Shown: one piece after another, positions 43,260 through 56,500 of the stretch
Position numbering within the stretch: position 1 is the first letter of the stretch
Layout of the letters: each line of letters begins with the position of its first letter
Source: Eledone cirrhosa
Taxonomy: Eukaryota
NCBI GenBank assembly: GCA_964016885.1
Contig: OZ024757.1
Span: 24,676,001 to 24,740,000, forward strand
Direction: 5' to 3'
DNA length: 64,000 nucleotides
Translations under genes and position numbers: made by a program
The notes under the pieces: model-generated
The model's input: only the letters and a program-made list of their open reading frames with translations
The model's database searches: none
Told to the model about the DNA's origin: nothing

Positions 43260-46200
43260 CCCAACACCCCTCCCACCCCCACACACCACCATTGCTATTA
43301 CGTGGACCAATCATAAAACAGCCCCCACGTATCACCAGTATTATTACGCGGACCAATCAGAAACCAGAGGCCTATACTATCGCTTGCCTGGTTGCCTTTC
43401 GATATACGATATATGATGGATGGATGGACTGCGGAATCCTGGAGAGTGGAGGTGAGAGAGAAAAATCTGGACGCTCAGCGACAATGCCAAAGATAAAGAC
43501 AAATTCACCCCTTGGACGAGAATGCGAGCACTCCTCATTGTTTCGACCGCGGACGGCTAACATAACCCCATCGCCCCCCGCCCCTCACCGCCCCCAACCC
43601 CCAAACGCAATCCAAAACTTCAGAGTTGGTACCATAAATGTAGGCACCCTAAAGGGTCGCGCTAACGAGGTTGTAGAAATGCTTGAACGTAAGGAGGTCG
43701 ATGTTTGTTGTATTCAAGAGACCAGGTGGAGGGGTGGGTCTGCTAGGTTCATTGAGGGTAAAAAACGTTGTTATAAGCTTTTCTGGGTGGGAAACGACGA
43801 TGGGCTGGGTGGAGTAGGAATCATGGTAGCAGAAAAGTGGGCAGATAAGATAATAGACGTAAATAGAGTGAACGACAGAATAATTAAAATACGACTTGTC
43901 CTCAATAGAACTACGGTGACAGTAATATCTGCGTACGCACCCCAATCCGGACTGCCCGGCACTATAAAAGACAGATTCTATGAGACACTGATGCTAACTA
44001 CCTCCCAAATATCCGACAGTGACTATATAATTATCGCAGGCGACCTAAATGGTCACGTTGGACAACATTGTGACGGCTACGACGAAATCCATGGAGGCTA
44101 TGGGTTTGGTACTAGAAATGAGGAAGGCTCCAGAATCCTGGAATTCTGTGATGCAAATAACATAACTATCTGTAACACTAACTTCAAAAAACGTGACAAT
44201 CACCTGATCACCTATAGATCCGGGGAACACACAAGCCAGGTAGATTATATCCTTACCAGAAGACGTGACAGAGTGTCTGTTGTTAACACTAAATCCCTCC
44301 CCCATGAAGAATGCACCTCCCAACATAGACTGATAATTAGCGACCTCATAGTCAGGACGAGACGTACTCGACAACAGAAGAGGACTATCCTCAGGAGGAA
44401 AATATGGAAGTTAAAGGACCCCACAGCCAGGAATAAATTTCAAAGCATATTACTTGATGCTTTCGACAGTAAGGAAGAACATTTAGAGTCGGACAATATA
44501 GAGGGAGAGTGGGAATTTCTGAAAGCAAACCTGCTGTTGGCGACAGACGAGGTCTGTGGCTGGAGCAGGCCTGTAGGCAGGAGGAGAGTAACATGGTGGT
44601 GGAACAGTAAGGTGGAGGGGTCAATTAAGGCCAAAAAGCAGGCTTGGAAAGTATGGCGGGATGGGGGAAGTAGAGAGGACTATCAAGTGGCCAGGAGGGA
44701 AGCTAGGAGACAAGTGTACTTAGCAAGAAGGGAAGCTGAGGAAAGAAAGTTCAAGCATGTTCTACAACGCGATGACCAAAAACGTGAGGTGTTCAGGATT
44801 GCTAGGCAATGCGTCAAGGAAAACCGTGATATTGTCGGGGAGAAGTGTGTACTAAACGACGATGGCACACTTGCCATCACCGACGCTGATAAGAAGGTAG
44901 CTTGGAAGTGTCACTATGAAAGGCTTCTAAATGAGGAGAATAATTGGGAGAAAGGCAGTCTCCCCCATATCGACCCAATAGAGGGACCAGCAGTGTTAGT
45001 CGAGGGGAGTATAATAAGTAAGGCAATCAAGGATATGAAGACTGGTAAGGCGGCTGGGCCTTCGGAAATAGTTGCTGAGATGCTGAAGGCATCTGGCACG
45101 GTGGGACACACCATGGTCACCCGCATAGTTAACCAAGTCGTACAAAACGGGGTTGTTCCGAAGGACTGGCATAGCAGCATCATCGTTAACTGTTATAAGG
45201 GTAAAGGAGACGCCCTAGATAGGAGTAACTATAGAGGCATTAAATTAATCGACCAGGTCATGAAGGTCACGGAAAGAGTAATAGCGCAACTAATCAGAGA
45301 GAGAATTGACCTAGATGAAATGCAGTTCGGGTTTGTGTCAGGCAAAAGTACCACAGACGCTCTTTTCATAGTACGACAACTACAAGAGAAGTACCTAGCT
45401 AAAGGTAAACCCCTCTACTTAGCTTTTGTCGACTTGGAGAAAGCCTTCGACAGAGTCCCCCGCTCCATTATCTGGTGGGCTCTTAGAAAACTAGGCGTTG
45501 ACGAATGGCTTGTGAGGGCTATACAAGCCATGTATAAAGAAACAGTCAGCAAGGTTAGAATTAACAACGAATATAGTGAAGAGTTTAGCGTAAAAGTCGG
45601 CGTCCATCAGGGCTCTGTTCTCAGTCCACTACTATTTATTATTGCCCTTCAGGCCATAACAGAGGAGTTCAAGACAGGCTGCCCATGGGAACTCCTATAC
45701 GCAGACGACCTGACACTCATAGCGGAATCAATGGCCGAGCTAGAGAAGAAATTCCAAACATGGAAGCACGGCCTAGAGTCAAAAGGACTTAAAATTAACC
45801 TGGCTAAGACCAAAGTACTAGTTTGTAGGAAAGAAAACAAGGCGGCGGTCCCTTCTGGGAAATGGTCGTGCTCGGTGTGTAGGAAAGGCGTAGGTAGAAA
45901 CTCCATTTTATGTCCTAAATGCAAAGTATGGGTGCATAAAAGATGTAGTGGGATCACAGGTAGGCTAACTAAGAACATAGATTTTACATGTGGCCGGTGC
46001 TCTGGTGCAATAAGTAGCAGCAAGTGCCCACAAACTACTAGCTCTTTCAATTGCGCAGAGGGTTCTATAGAAATAGTGGACAGCTTCCGTTACCTGGGCG
46101 ATAAAATCAGCAGTGGGGGAGGGTGCTCTGAAAGTACTGTAGCTAGAGTCAGAACTGGTTGGAAAAAGTTCAGAGAGCTTATACCACTATTAGCTGCTAA

Positions 46201-46654
46201 AGGGTTCTCACTAAAAATGAAAGGCAGGTTGTACGATGCCTGCATACGAACAGCAATGCTGCATGGCAGTGAGACCTGGGCATTGTGTGCAGAGGATATA
46301 CGCAGACTAGAGAGGAACGAAGCTTGCATGCTCCGCTGGATGTGTAACAGTAATATACGTGAACGGCAAAGCATAAACGAACTAAGGAATAAATTAGAGA
46401 TAAGAGGGATCAGATGTTGTTTACTCGAGAGAAGGCTACGTTGGTATGGACACGTGATGCGCATGAAAGTCGATAGCTGTATAACAAAGTGCAGGGCAAT
46501 AAAGATAGACGGTAGTCACGGAATAGGCAGACCTAGAAAAACCTGGGACGAGCTGATAAACTCCGACATCACACACTTACACCTCTCCAAGACAATGTCA
46601 CTGGACCGAGACCTTTGGCGGTACTCAGTAACAGAGAAGACCCGCCTTACCTAA
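43220..46654 (+). CDS. Intact RTE-clade LINE ORF: AP endonuclease, reverse transcriptase and PHD finger
   Basis: APE motifs GTINVGTL, IQETRW, GDLNGHVG, QVDYIL, SQHRL; RT motifs NYRGIKL, QFGF, FVDLEKAFD, GVHQGSVLSPLLF, YADD; RTE C-terminus RRLRWYGHVMR...GRPRKTW. The true start may be the ATG at 43484. Confidence 0.95.
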   Translation: MHRPISIITFLLATQHPSHPHTPPLLLRGPIIKQPPRITSIITRTNQKPEAYTIACLVAFRYTIYDGWMDCGILESGGEREKSGRSATMPKIKTNSPLGRECEHSSLFRPRTANITPSPPAPHRPQPPNAIQNFRVGTINVGTLKGRANEVVEMLERKEVDVCCIQETRWRGGSARFIEGKKRCYKLFWVGNDDGLGGVGIMVAEKWADKIIDVNRVNDRIIKIRLVLNRTTVTVISAYAPQSGLPGTIKDRFYETLMLTTSQISDSDYIIIAGDLNGHVGQHCDGYDEIHGGYGFGTRNEEGSRILEFCDANNITICNTNFKKRDNHLITYRSGEHTSQVDYILTRRRDRVSVVNTKSLPHEECTSQHRLIISDLIVRTRRTRQQKRTILRRKIWKLKDPTARNKFQSILLDAFDSKEEHLESDNIEGEWEFLKANLLLATDEVCGWSRPVGRRRVTWWWNSKVEGSIKAKKQAWKVWRDGGSREDYQVARREARRQVYLARREAEERKFKHVLQRDDQKREVFRIARQCVKENRDIVGEKCVLNDDGTLAITDADKKVAWKCHYERLLNEENNWEKGSLPHIDPIEGPAVLVEGSIISKAIKDMKTGKAAGPSEIVAEMLKASGTVGHTMVTRIVNQVVQNGVVPKDWHSSIIVNCYKGKGDALDRSNYRGIKLIDQVMKVTERVIAQLIRERIDLDEMQFGFVSGKSTTDALFIVRQLQEKYLAKGKPLYLAFVDLEKAFDRVPRSIIWWALRKLGVDEWLVRAIQAMYKETVSKVRINNEYSEEFSVKVGVHQGSVLSPLLFIIALQAITEEFKTGCPWELLYADDLTLIAESMAELEKKFQTWKHGLESKGLKINLAKTKVLVCRKENKAAVPSGKWSCSVCRKGVGRNSILCPKCKVWVHKRCSGITGRLTKNIDFTCGRCSGAISSSKCPQTTSSFNCAEGSIEIVDSFRYLGDKISSGGGCSESTVARVRTGWKKFRELIPLLAAKGFSLKMKGRLYDACIRTAMLHGSETWALCAEDIRRLERNEACMLRWMCNSNIRERQSINELRNKLEIRGIRCCLLERRLRWYGHVMRMKVDSCITKCRAIKIDGSHGIGRPRKTWDELINSDITHLHLSKTMSLDRDLWRYSVTEKTRLT

Positions 46655-47046
46655 ATATATAGTAAAACCTACTCCAGCCAGTAGGCATCTCTAACAAATA
46701 CACCCCGTCCCACCACCCCCACCCGATCCACACCACCCCGTTCTATGTAAAGTTATGTTGGTGCCGCGCCATCGAGGCCGAAACAAATGAGATCGTGTAG
46801 GTGTCACGACAAAAAAACACACAGTCCACGCTGTAATGTGGCCGTGTAGGCAACACGGTAAAAACCTCCCAGACCCACACTGTAAATGTGGTTGGTGTTA
46901 GGAAGGGCATCCAACTGTAGAAAACCTGCCAGACAGTCCTATGCGAGCAAGACAATCACTCTTGCCGCAAGTGGGACTACCCCCGTCCAAACCCATGCAA
47001 GCGTGGAACACGGACGTTAAACGCTGATGATGATGATGATGATGAT
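43220..47046 (+). mobile_element. Apparently full-length, young RTE LINE with (TGA)n tail
   Basis: Uninterrupted 1144-aa ORF, ~390-nt 3'UTR and a near-identical truncated copy at 2461-3627. Confidence 0.92.
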
Positions 47047-47222
47047 ACATATTTATATATCTATATCCAAAATTAAGATAAATCAAATGAATTTAATCTA
47101 AATCAAAATTATGGGTGTCATGCCATATTTAGTTACCTACCTAGCTATGTGGTTACACACTTGTAAAAATTATCTACTGTGATTATTCATGTTTATTTAT
47201 ATGTTAATCAATTTCTAGTTTT

Positions 47223-47386
47223 TATATATATATACATATATATACATACATATATATATATACATATATATATATATACATAAATATACATACATATATA
47301 TATATATACATAAATATACATATATATATATATACATAAATATACATAAATATACATATATACATACATATATATATATACATACA

Positions 47387-47418
<32 letters not shown>

Positions 47419-47424
47419 CATACA

Positions 47425-47456
<32 letters not shown>

Positions 47457-47461
47457 CATAC

Positions 47462-47492
<31 letters not shown>

Positions 47493-47532
47493 CATACATA
47501 TATATATATACATATATATATATACATACATA

Positions 47533-47573
<41 letters not shown>

Positions 47574-47966
47574 ACATATATATGTATATATATATATATA
47601 TATATATACATATATATACATACATACATATATATATATACATATATATACATATATATATATATACATATATATACATACATACATATATATATATACA
47701 TATATATACATATATATACATATATATATACATACATATATATATATACATATATATACATATATATATATACATATATATATATACATATATATACATA
47801 TATATATATACATATATATATATACATATATATACATATATATACATACATATATATATATATATATACATATATATACATACATATATATATATATATA
47901 CATACATATACATATATATACATATACATACATATATATATATATACATCTATATATATACACATC

Positions 47967-48050
<84 letters not shown>

Positions 48051-48075
48051 CATACATATATATATATACATATAT
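47223..48075. repeat. (TA)n/(TACA) microsatellite
   Basis: Direct reading. Confidence 0.97.
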
Positions 48076-48902
48076 CTAGGAACGAGTAGGACCCCGTATT
48101 AGTTTATGTTTTGCACTGGGTAATTGCTGGCCTTGTGCCTAAAGTAGAAACAATTATTTCGTATTAGTTTCGGGACTCTGAATTATTATTTCGTGGTAGT
48201 TTCTTTAGTATTTTGGACCCCCACTTGTTGACCTGTCACTGTAAGATATACTCAGTTGATTACTACTAACTCATAACATTGTCCCACTACAATTCCGTCC
48301 CACCTAGTAAACTTTTCTATAGTTTAGCTGTACCAGTGAGAGACTTGATGATTGTGGTTAGGGAATAGTAACCAGAAATTGTTTTATTATATTTTTAACA
48401 TTCTTGGTATTCTTCTATATATTTACTCCATATTGATTCACTTATTGTTTCGACTTCCTCCCCCTTCCCCTCCCTAGTATACTTGCTTGACCTCCTGCCC
48501 TTAGGATCCTGCTGTAGTTGGCACTATCAACGCACAACTGGGTTCCCTTCACTCCCTCTCCCTCTTTCTTCTACTGGCAGGTTCAGCTACCCCTACCTTC
48601 CACAAATTGCCATGATAGAATTATGTGTCACAACAACAAACTTTTGACCAATCCTTGTGACAATCACTTTTACCATATATGGAATTACCCCCTGAGAAGC
48701 TCGGCTATTCATATACCAGGATAAAAATTTTCATTTAGTCCAGAATTAGCCGTCGAAACGGCTTGAGCTCAGCCATCAAGAAAAAGATCTAAAAAGAAGT
48801 GGGGTCCTACTCGTTCCTATTACCCACTCTACTACCCTAAGTATTGAGTACTTTGGTGCGTTATGGTCCACCTGCTTCCTTACCACATTTCCTTCGTTAT
48901 AC

Positions 48903-48963
<61 letters not shown>

Positions 48964-49394
48964 TATACATATATATACATATATATATATATACATATAT
49001 ATACACATATATATATATACATATATACACATATATATGTACATATATATATATATATACATAAATATATACATATACATATATATATATGTAGAGGTTA
49101 TATTTAATTTGTTGGGATACAACAAGCAAAATATTTTTTTTAAATATACTGTTTTTAAACCTTTCCAACACTAATTTGCATAATAAACCAACAATAAATC
49201 TAATAACTCCACTATCCAGGAGATTCCAGCCAGAATGGTTGCATTTTTTAAGGGTATGTCAATATTTATTTATAAAACTAACCTATATTATATTTTATCT
49301 GATGAAAGTGCACCATAGTTTGCTCCGGTGGTCCTTGAAATATGTATAATGAAATAAATATGGTTTTATAAATATAGTTTCCATTTGTTAATAT

Positions 49395-49444
<50 letters not shown>

Positions 49445-49529
49445 GCATGAACCTACTCTAACTATAATTTTGCCTCCTATCTTTTGTTCGTTTCATTTAT
49501 TAACTATATATATATATATATATATGAAA

Positions 49530-50105
49530 GACGACAGCTGCGGAAGTTACGAAGTAGGTAGACCCAGAAAAACCTGGGACGATCTAATAAATTCCGACCT
49601 TACACCTCTCTAAGACAATGTCACTGGACCGAGATCTTTGGCGCTACGCAGTAATACAGAAGACCCGCCTTGCCTATGTACAAAGCGAAACCTAGTCTGA
49701 AGGCACCTCTTAACCAAATATACACCCCAATCCACTACCCCTACCCTATCCCCCCACTCCCACCAACACCACCCTCTCTCTGTAAAGTTGGTACCACAAC
49801 ATCCAGTCCAAATAAATGAGATAATGAGATTGAGATTGTGTAGGTGTCACGACAAAAAAAACACACACAGTCCACGCTGTAATGTGGTCGTGTAGGTAAC
49901 ATGGTAAAAAGTTCCCAGTTCCATACTGTAAATGTGGTTGGTGTTAGGAAGGGCATCCAGCCGTAGAAAACTTGCCAGATAGTCCTATATGAGTGAGACA
50001 CGGTCACCCGACCAACCTTGACTCAAATTGGGACAACTCCCATCTAACCCATGCTAGCGTGGAAAATGGACGTTAAACGAAGATGATGATGATGATGATG
50101 ATGAT
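49530..50105 (+). mobile_element. Diverged RTE 3' fragment
   Basis: GRPRKTWDDLINSDL... plus the 3'UTR and (TGA)n tail. Confidence 0.85.
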
Positions 50106-50586
50106 ATATAGGCACCACTTAACCTGTATCCTTCTTTCCCCTTCCAAGGACCTCACATGCAGTCCAAATAGTAAAGGGGTCGTTTTGGTGCCATGACAAA
50201 AAGTGCACAAGACGTACAATATTTAATAATGCTTTGTTTTACTCAATATTTTCCTCTTTAACTAAATTGAAATAACATAAGCATTAATTGAATAAGATGG
50301 ATTGAAACATTTGTAAAGCTATTAAATGGTTTGACCCTTTAGCATTTAAACCGACCGTATCCGGCTAGAATACTTTCACCTCTTTCTGTTCAAACCAGTT
50401 GTAATCAGCTGCTCATACTGTTGTTAAGGTATTCTTCTCAAAATATATAATATTAAAATCTCATAGATTCAATATTATGTGAAATAATTATGTGAGGTAA
50501 AGCCTTTACTGCAAAAATATAACAGTTTATACAGAGTAATGTAAATGGTAATGAAATCTACCATGGCATCTCAAATTGTTATATAT

Positions 50587-51735
50587 ACTAGCGGTGTATC
50601 CCGGTGTTGCACGGGGAAGAACATTGGTAATAGCACCGCCAATGAGAAACGTTTATTTGTGAGTGCCTGTTAAAAACACACAAAAATATACCGACAGGAA
50701 CCTTGTTTTATTTGGAGAAAATTAAGAAGTTGAAAGTACAGTTTAGCTGTCTAAGTGCATTGTTCATAGAAATATTGTTGAGCCCCTTCTTTTCATACTC
50801 ATCTGGTTTGGCCTATTGGAGTAAATGTGAAAGAGAAAGTCACAGGTTAAGTTGGCAGAAAGTTCCAGTGTCATAGCAGTAAGGCAAGGCTACTTACCTC
50901 AAAAGTACATTCGCACTCTTTCCACTAAGTTACTCTTTCTCTCTATCCCTTTCGGTACAGTCCCTTGCAAATTTCTCGTGTAAGCCTGGTGTAGATTTGC
51001 ACCCGATCCATCTGCCCGATGCATATGTCCGCTTTGTACGGCTTTTGGAGGAAGGAGTGACCAGCAGTACGTTGTTCGGTATTATTACGAAAAGGTGTAA
51101 CAGAGAATCCCGCGTGAACTAACAGCTCGGGAGGAAACTGCTTACCTCGAAGATTCATTCACCATCGTTCTTGTCAACGCTCCGTTTAGTTCGTATTTGT
51201 TGGTCTACAGTTAGATGAATGGCGCAAATGTTTATTGGAAGTGAAACTGGGCTGGTTTGCCTCGCTTATATTATATATTAAAATAACAGATTAAAGTTTA
51301 AGCAAAAAATCGCTGCTTTCACCCTTGACGGGATCTTCTGAAACTAAAAAAAACAATCTGTGAACGCAGAAGTAAATATTTCGAAAACCCTTGCAACCGA
51401 AGGAAAACGGGAAGACGATACTTTGGTTCGTGAAGACTTTCCCTGGCAATGAACGGAAAATATCGAACATAATACGTCATCAATGTTTGTCATAATGTCG
51501 TAATGCAGACAGCCAGACATACAGACAGATATTATAAGAGCACGACAGAGATGGATAACCGGCGCCTAACACCCCTTTAACAACAGAAAATTGAAAAATA
51601 AAAGCTGCAGTTAATATCTTTAGACCGCAAGGAATATATAAATGCAAGTTTGAAGTCAATCGGAGTAGAAATGTGGATTTGTATAGACTTTGCAAATATT
51701 AGGACACACACACAGACAACATCAGTTTTATATAT
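50587..51735 (+). mobile_element. Helitron/Helentron-associated (HINE/DINE-like) non-autonomous element or elements
   Basis: Starts tactagc...cccggtgttgcacggg (short hairpin); ends aagtttgaagtcaatcgg...cacacacagacaacatcagttttatatat. Layout recognised from memory. Confidence 0.5.
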
Positions 51736-52559
51736 ATGTATAAATATATCATCATCATCGTTTTTATGGTATTTATATAAACAAGAAGTGTAAGTCAACA
51801 GGTTATATATATATATATATATATATACATATATTATTAAAAGATTACTTAAATAAGTATGGCCTCAGATATTTTAATGCTCCGATTTACACCATTTGTA
51901 CAGGTCGTTGAGTACTTCTTTTTATCTGCTTCACAACCAACAGACCATAATGTGGTCCACATATCCCTGTTCAGTTAACCCCATATCTAATAAATATATA
52001 TATATATAGGAAAAGAGTGAGGACCCCGACAGCTGGGCTCCAGCTGTCGAAACAGACGGAGCTCAACCATCGGGGTCCTGACTCTTTTCCTATTACCCAC
52101 TCTACTACCCTAAGTATTGAGTACTCTGGTGTGTAATGGTCCACCTGGTATCTTACCACACCTTCTTTGTTAGATATATAAATTAATAAAAACAATGAAC
52201 AAGTTCCTTATATTAAAAAATTCATCATTTTACGATTGTTTCTAGGATATATATGTGTGTTGGTATGTATATCATATAGATCTATGTAAAACTATTACAA
52301 ACTATCAGAGGAAATATACATACCTTCACATATATATGCTGTCTTCAGAAATGATGAGATTTGTTTATTGAAAAAACCCAACAAAGATTTAATATAATAG
52401 GTCTGTTTGGGAACAGGTTTTGAATTGACCAATAGAAACAGACCTATTATATTAAATCTGTATCAGGCCCCCAAATTATGGTTATGCTGTGAGATGGGTT
52501 AAGCTCCTCATATTGGTGCCATCCAGTACTGGGCTCCAAAACTATGGTTCTGGTGTGAA

Positions 52560-53310
52560 ATAGGTTCAGCGCAGCCAACAGTCCCTCTTCATAATGGAAC
52601 CATCCAGTTCCACACTGTAAATGTGGTTGGTGTTAGGAAGGGCATCCAACTGTAAAATACCCAGTCAAATTTACAGTCCTTGTCTGAGCAAGGTACAGTG
52701 TGGCCAACTCTGGTCAGGCTTGCCTCGCCGCTTGGACGTTCCATCTAACCCATGCAAGCATTGAAAAATGGATGCTAAACAAAGATGATGATAATGATGA
52801 TGATATATATATCATCATCATCATCGATTAACGTCCATCTTCCACGCTAGCATGGGTTAGACGGGTCCTATTTTGAGGCAAGTTGTGTCAGATGACCGTG
52901 TCTCGCTCATATAGGACTATTTCTGGCTGGTTTTCTATGGCTGGATGCCCTTCCTAACGCCAACCACATTTGGAGGCACATGGCTTAGTGGTTAGAGCAT
53001 TGGCCTTGCAATCGAAAGGTTGTGAGTTCAATTCTCAGACCGGGCGATGTGTTGATTCCTTGAGCAAGACACTTTATTTCACATTGCTCCAGTTTATTCA
53101 GCTGTAGAAATGAGATGATAGGGACTGGGGTCCCTATCATTCCACTGTAAAGTGGACGTGTAGGTGTCACGGCAAAAAAGCACCTAGCGCTCACTCTAAA
53201 TGAGGTTGGTGTTAGGAAGGGCATCCAGCTGTAGAAATGAAGCCAGGATCAGTTCCCGTCCCACCCTTGCAAGCAGGGAAAAAGCGGACGTAAAATGAAA
53301 TGATGATGAT
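52560..53310. mobile_element. Cluster: RTE-tail element (+, to ~52803), RTE-tail fragment (-, 52811-52970) and full SINE A (+, 52972-53310)
   Basis: ggttggtgttaggaagggcatcc motifs, (TGA)n tails and a SINE head at 52972. Confidence 0.8.
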
Positions 53311-53562
53311 TGTTGTTGTATTCATAACAGTATAAGACTAATACTTTTATACATTACGATATAGTTGATCCATTATTAAAAGTCTATTAAGTGTCTATTG
53401 TAAAAAATAATGTATAATTTGACACACAGACAGATAAATGTGGCATCAATAATTAGAACACTGCTGCCATATTGTTATTGTTGTTGCCATAGTCATTGTT
53501 GTTGTTGCTGTAGTATTTGTTGTTATCATAGTAATTGTTGTTGTAATTGCTAACGCTATTGT

Positions 53563-56500
53563 ACCACCACTAACTACATCCCCACCAATACCACTACATT
53601 CACCAGAACCACAACCACCAGCACTAACATCAGAACCACCACCACCACCACCACCACGACAACCTCCAGAACCACCACCACCACCACCACCAGAACCAAT
53701 ACCATCTCCACCACCACCAGAACCAATACCATCTCCACCACCACCAGAACCAATACCATCTCCACCACCACCAGAACCAATACCATCTCCACCATCACCA
53801 GAACCAATACCATCTCCACCATCACCAGAACCAATACCATCTCCACCACCAGAACCAATACCATCTCCACCACCACCACCACCACCAGAACCAATACCAT
53901 CTCCACCACCACCAGAACCAATACCATCTCCACCACCACCAGAACCAATACCATCTCCACCATCACCAGAACCAATACCATCTCCACCATCACCAGAACC
54001 AATACCATCTCCACCACCAAAACCAATACCATCTCCACCACCACCACCACCATCTCCACCACCACCTCCACTACCACCACCACCACCAGAACCAATACCA
54101 TCTCCACCACCACCAGAACCAATACCATCTCCACCACCACCAGAACCAATACCATCTCCACCACCACCAGAACCAATACCATCTCCACCACCACCAGAAC
54201 CAATACCATCTCCACCATCACCAGAACCAATACCATCTCCACCACCACCAGAACCAATACCATCTCCACCACCACCAGAACCAATACCATCTCCACCACC
54301 ACCAGAACCAATACCATCTCCACCACCACCAGAACCAATACCATCTCCACCATCACCAGAACCAATACCATCTCCACCACCACCAGAACCAATACCATCT
54401 CCACCACCACCAGAACCAATACCATCTCCACCACCACCAGAACCAATACCATCTCCACCACCACCAGAACCAATACCATCTCCACCATCACCAGAACCAA
54501 TACCATCTCCACCACCACCAGAACCAATACCATCTCCACCACCACCAGAACCAATACCATCTCCACCACCACCAGAACCAATACCATCTCCACCATCACC
54601 AGAACCAATACCATCTCCACCACCACCAGAACCAATACCATCTCCACCACCACCAGAACCAATACCATCTCCACCACCACCAGAACCAATACCATCTCCA
54701 CCACCACCAGAACCAATACCATCTCCACCACCACCAGAACCAATACCATCTCCACCATCACCAGAACCAATACCATCTCCACCACCACCAGAACCAATAC
54801 CATCTCCACCATCACCAGAACCAATACCATCTCCACCACCACCAGAACCAATACCATCTCCACCATCACCAGAACCAATACCATCTCCACCACCACCAGA
54901 ACCAATACCATCTCCACCATCACCAGAACCAATACCATCTCCACCACCACCAGAACCAATACCATCTCCACCATCACCAGAACCAATACCATCTCCACCA
55001 CCACCAGAACCAATACCATCTCCACCATCACCAGAACCAATACCATCTCCACCACCACCAGAACCAATACCATCTCCACCATCACCAGAACCAATACCAT
55101 CTCCACCACCACCAGAACCAATACCATCTCCACCATCACCAGAACCAATACCATCTCCACCACCACCAGAACCAATACCATCTCCACCACCACCAGAACC
55201 AATACCATCTCCACCACCACCAGAACCAATACCACCACCACCACCACCAGAACCAATACCATCTCCACCACCACCAGAACCAATACCATCTCCACCACCA
55301 CCAGAACCAATACCATCTCCACCACCACCAGAACCAATACCATCTCCACCATCACCAGAACCAATACCATCTCCACCACCACCACCAGAACCAGTACCAT
55401 CTCCACCACCACCAGAACCAATACCATCTCCACCACCACCAGAACCAATACCATCTCCACCACCACCAGAACCAATACCATCTCCACCACCACCAGAACC
55501 AATACCATCTCCACCACCACCAAAACCAATACCATCTCCACCACCAGAACCAATACCATCTCCACCACCACCACCACCACCAGAACCAATACCATCTCCA
55601 CCACCACCACCAGAACCAATACCATCTCCACCACCACCAAAACCAATACCATCTCCACCACCAGAACCAATACCATCTCCACCACCACCACCACCACCAG
55701 AACCAATACCATCTCCACCACCACCAGAACCAGTACCATCTCCACCACCACCAGAACCAATACCATCTCCACCACCACCAGAACCAATACCATCTCCACC
55801 ACCACCAAAACCAATACCATCTCCACCACCAGAACCAATACCATCTCCACCACCACCACCACCACCAGAACCAATACCATCTCCACCACCACCAGAACCA
55901 ATACCATCTCCACCACCACCAGAACCAATACCATCTCCACCACCACCAGAACCAGTACCATCTCCACCACCACCAGAACCAGTACCATCTCCACCACCAC
56001 CAGAACCAATACCATCTCCACCATCACCAGAACCAATACCATCTCCACCACCACCACCAGAACCAGTACCATCTCCACCACCACCAGAACCAATACCATC
56101 TCCACCATCACCAGAACCAATACCATCTCCACCACCACCACCAGAACCAGTACCATCTCCACCACCACCAGAAGCAATACCATCTCCACCACCACCAGAA
56201 CCAATACCATCTCCACCACCACCACCACCACCAGAACCAATACCATCTCCACCATCACCAAAACCAATACCATCTCCACCACCACCACCAGAACCAATAC
56301 CATCTCCACCACCACCACCACCACCAGAACCAATACCATCTCCACCACCACCAGAACCAATACCATCTCCACCACCACCACCAGAATCAATACCATCTCC
56401 ACCACCACCACCACCAGAACCAATACCATCTCCACCACCACCACCACCACCAGAACCAATACCATCTCCACCACCACCAGAACCAATACCATCTCCACCA

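Noticed and set aside
43260-43570. HDV-like ribozyme expected at RTE 5' ends
   Set aside because: I could not assemble a convincing nested double pseudoknot by eye; a structure-based search is needed.
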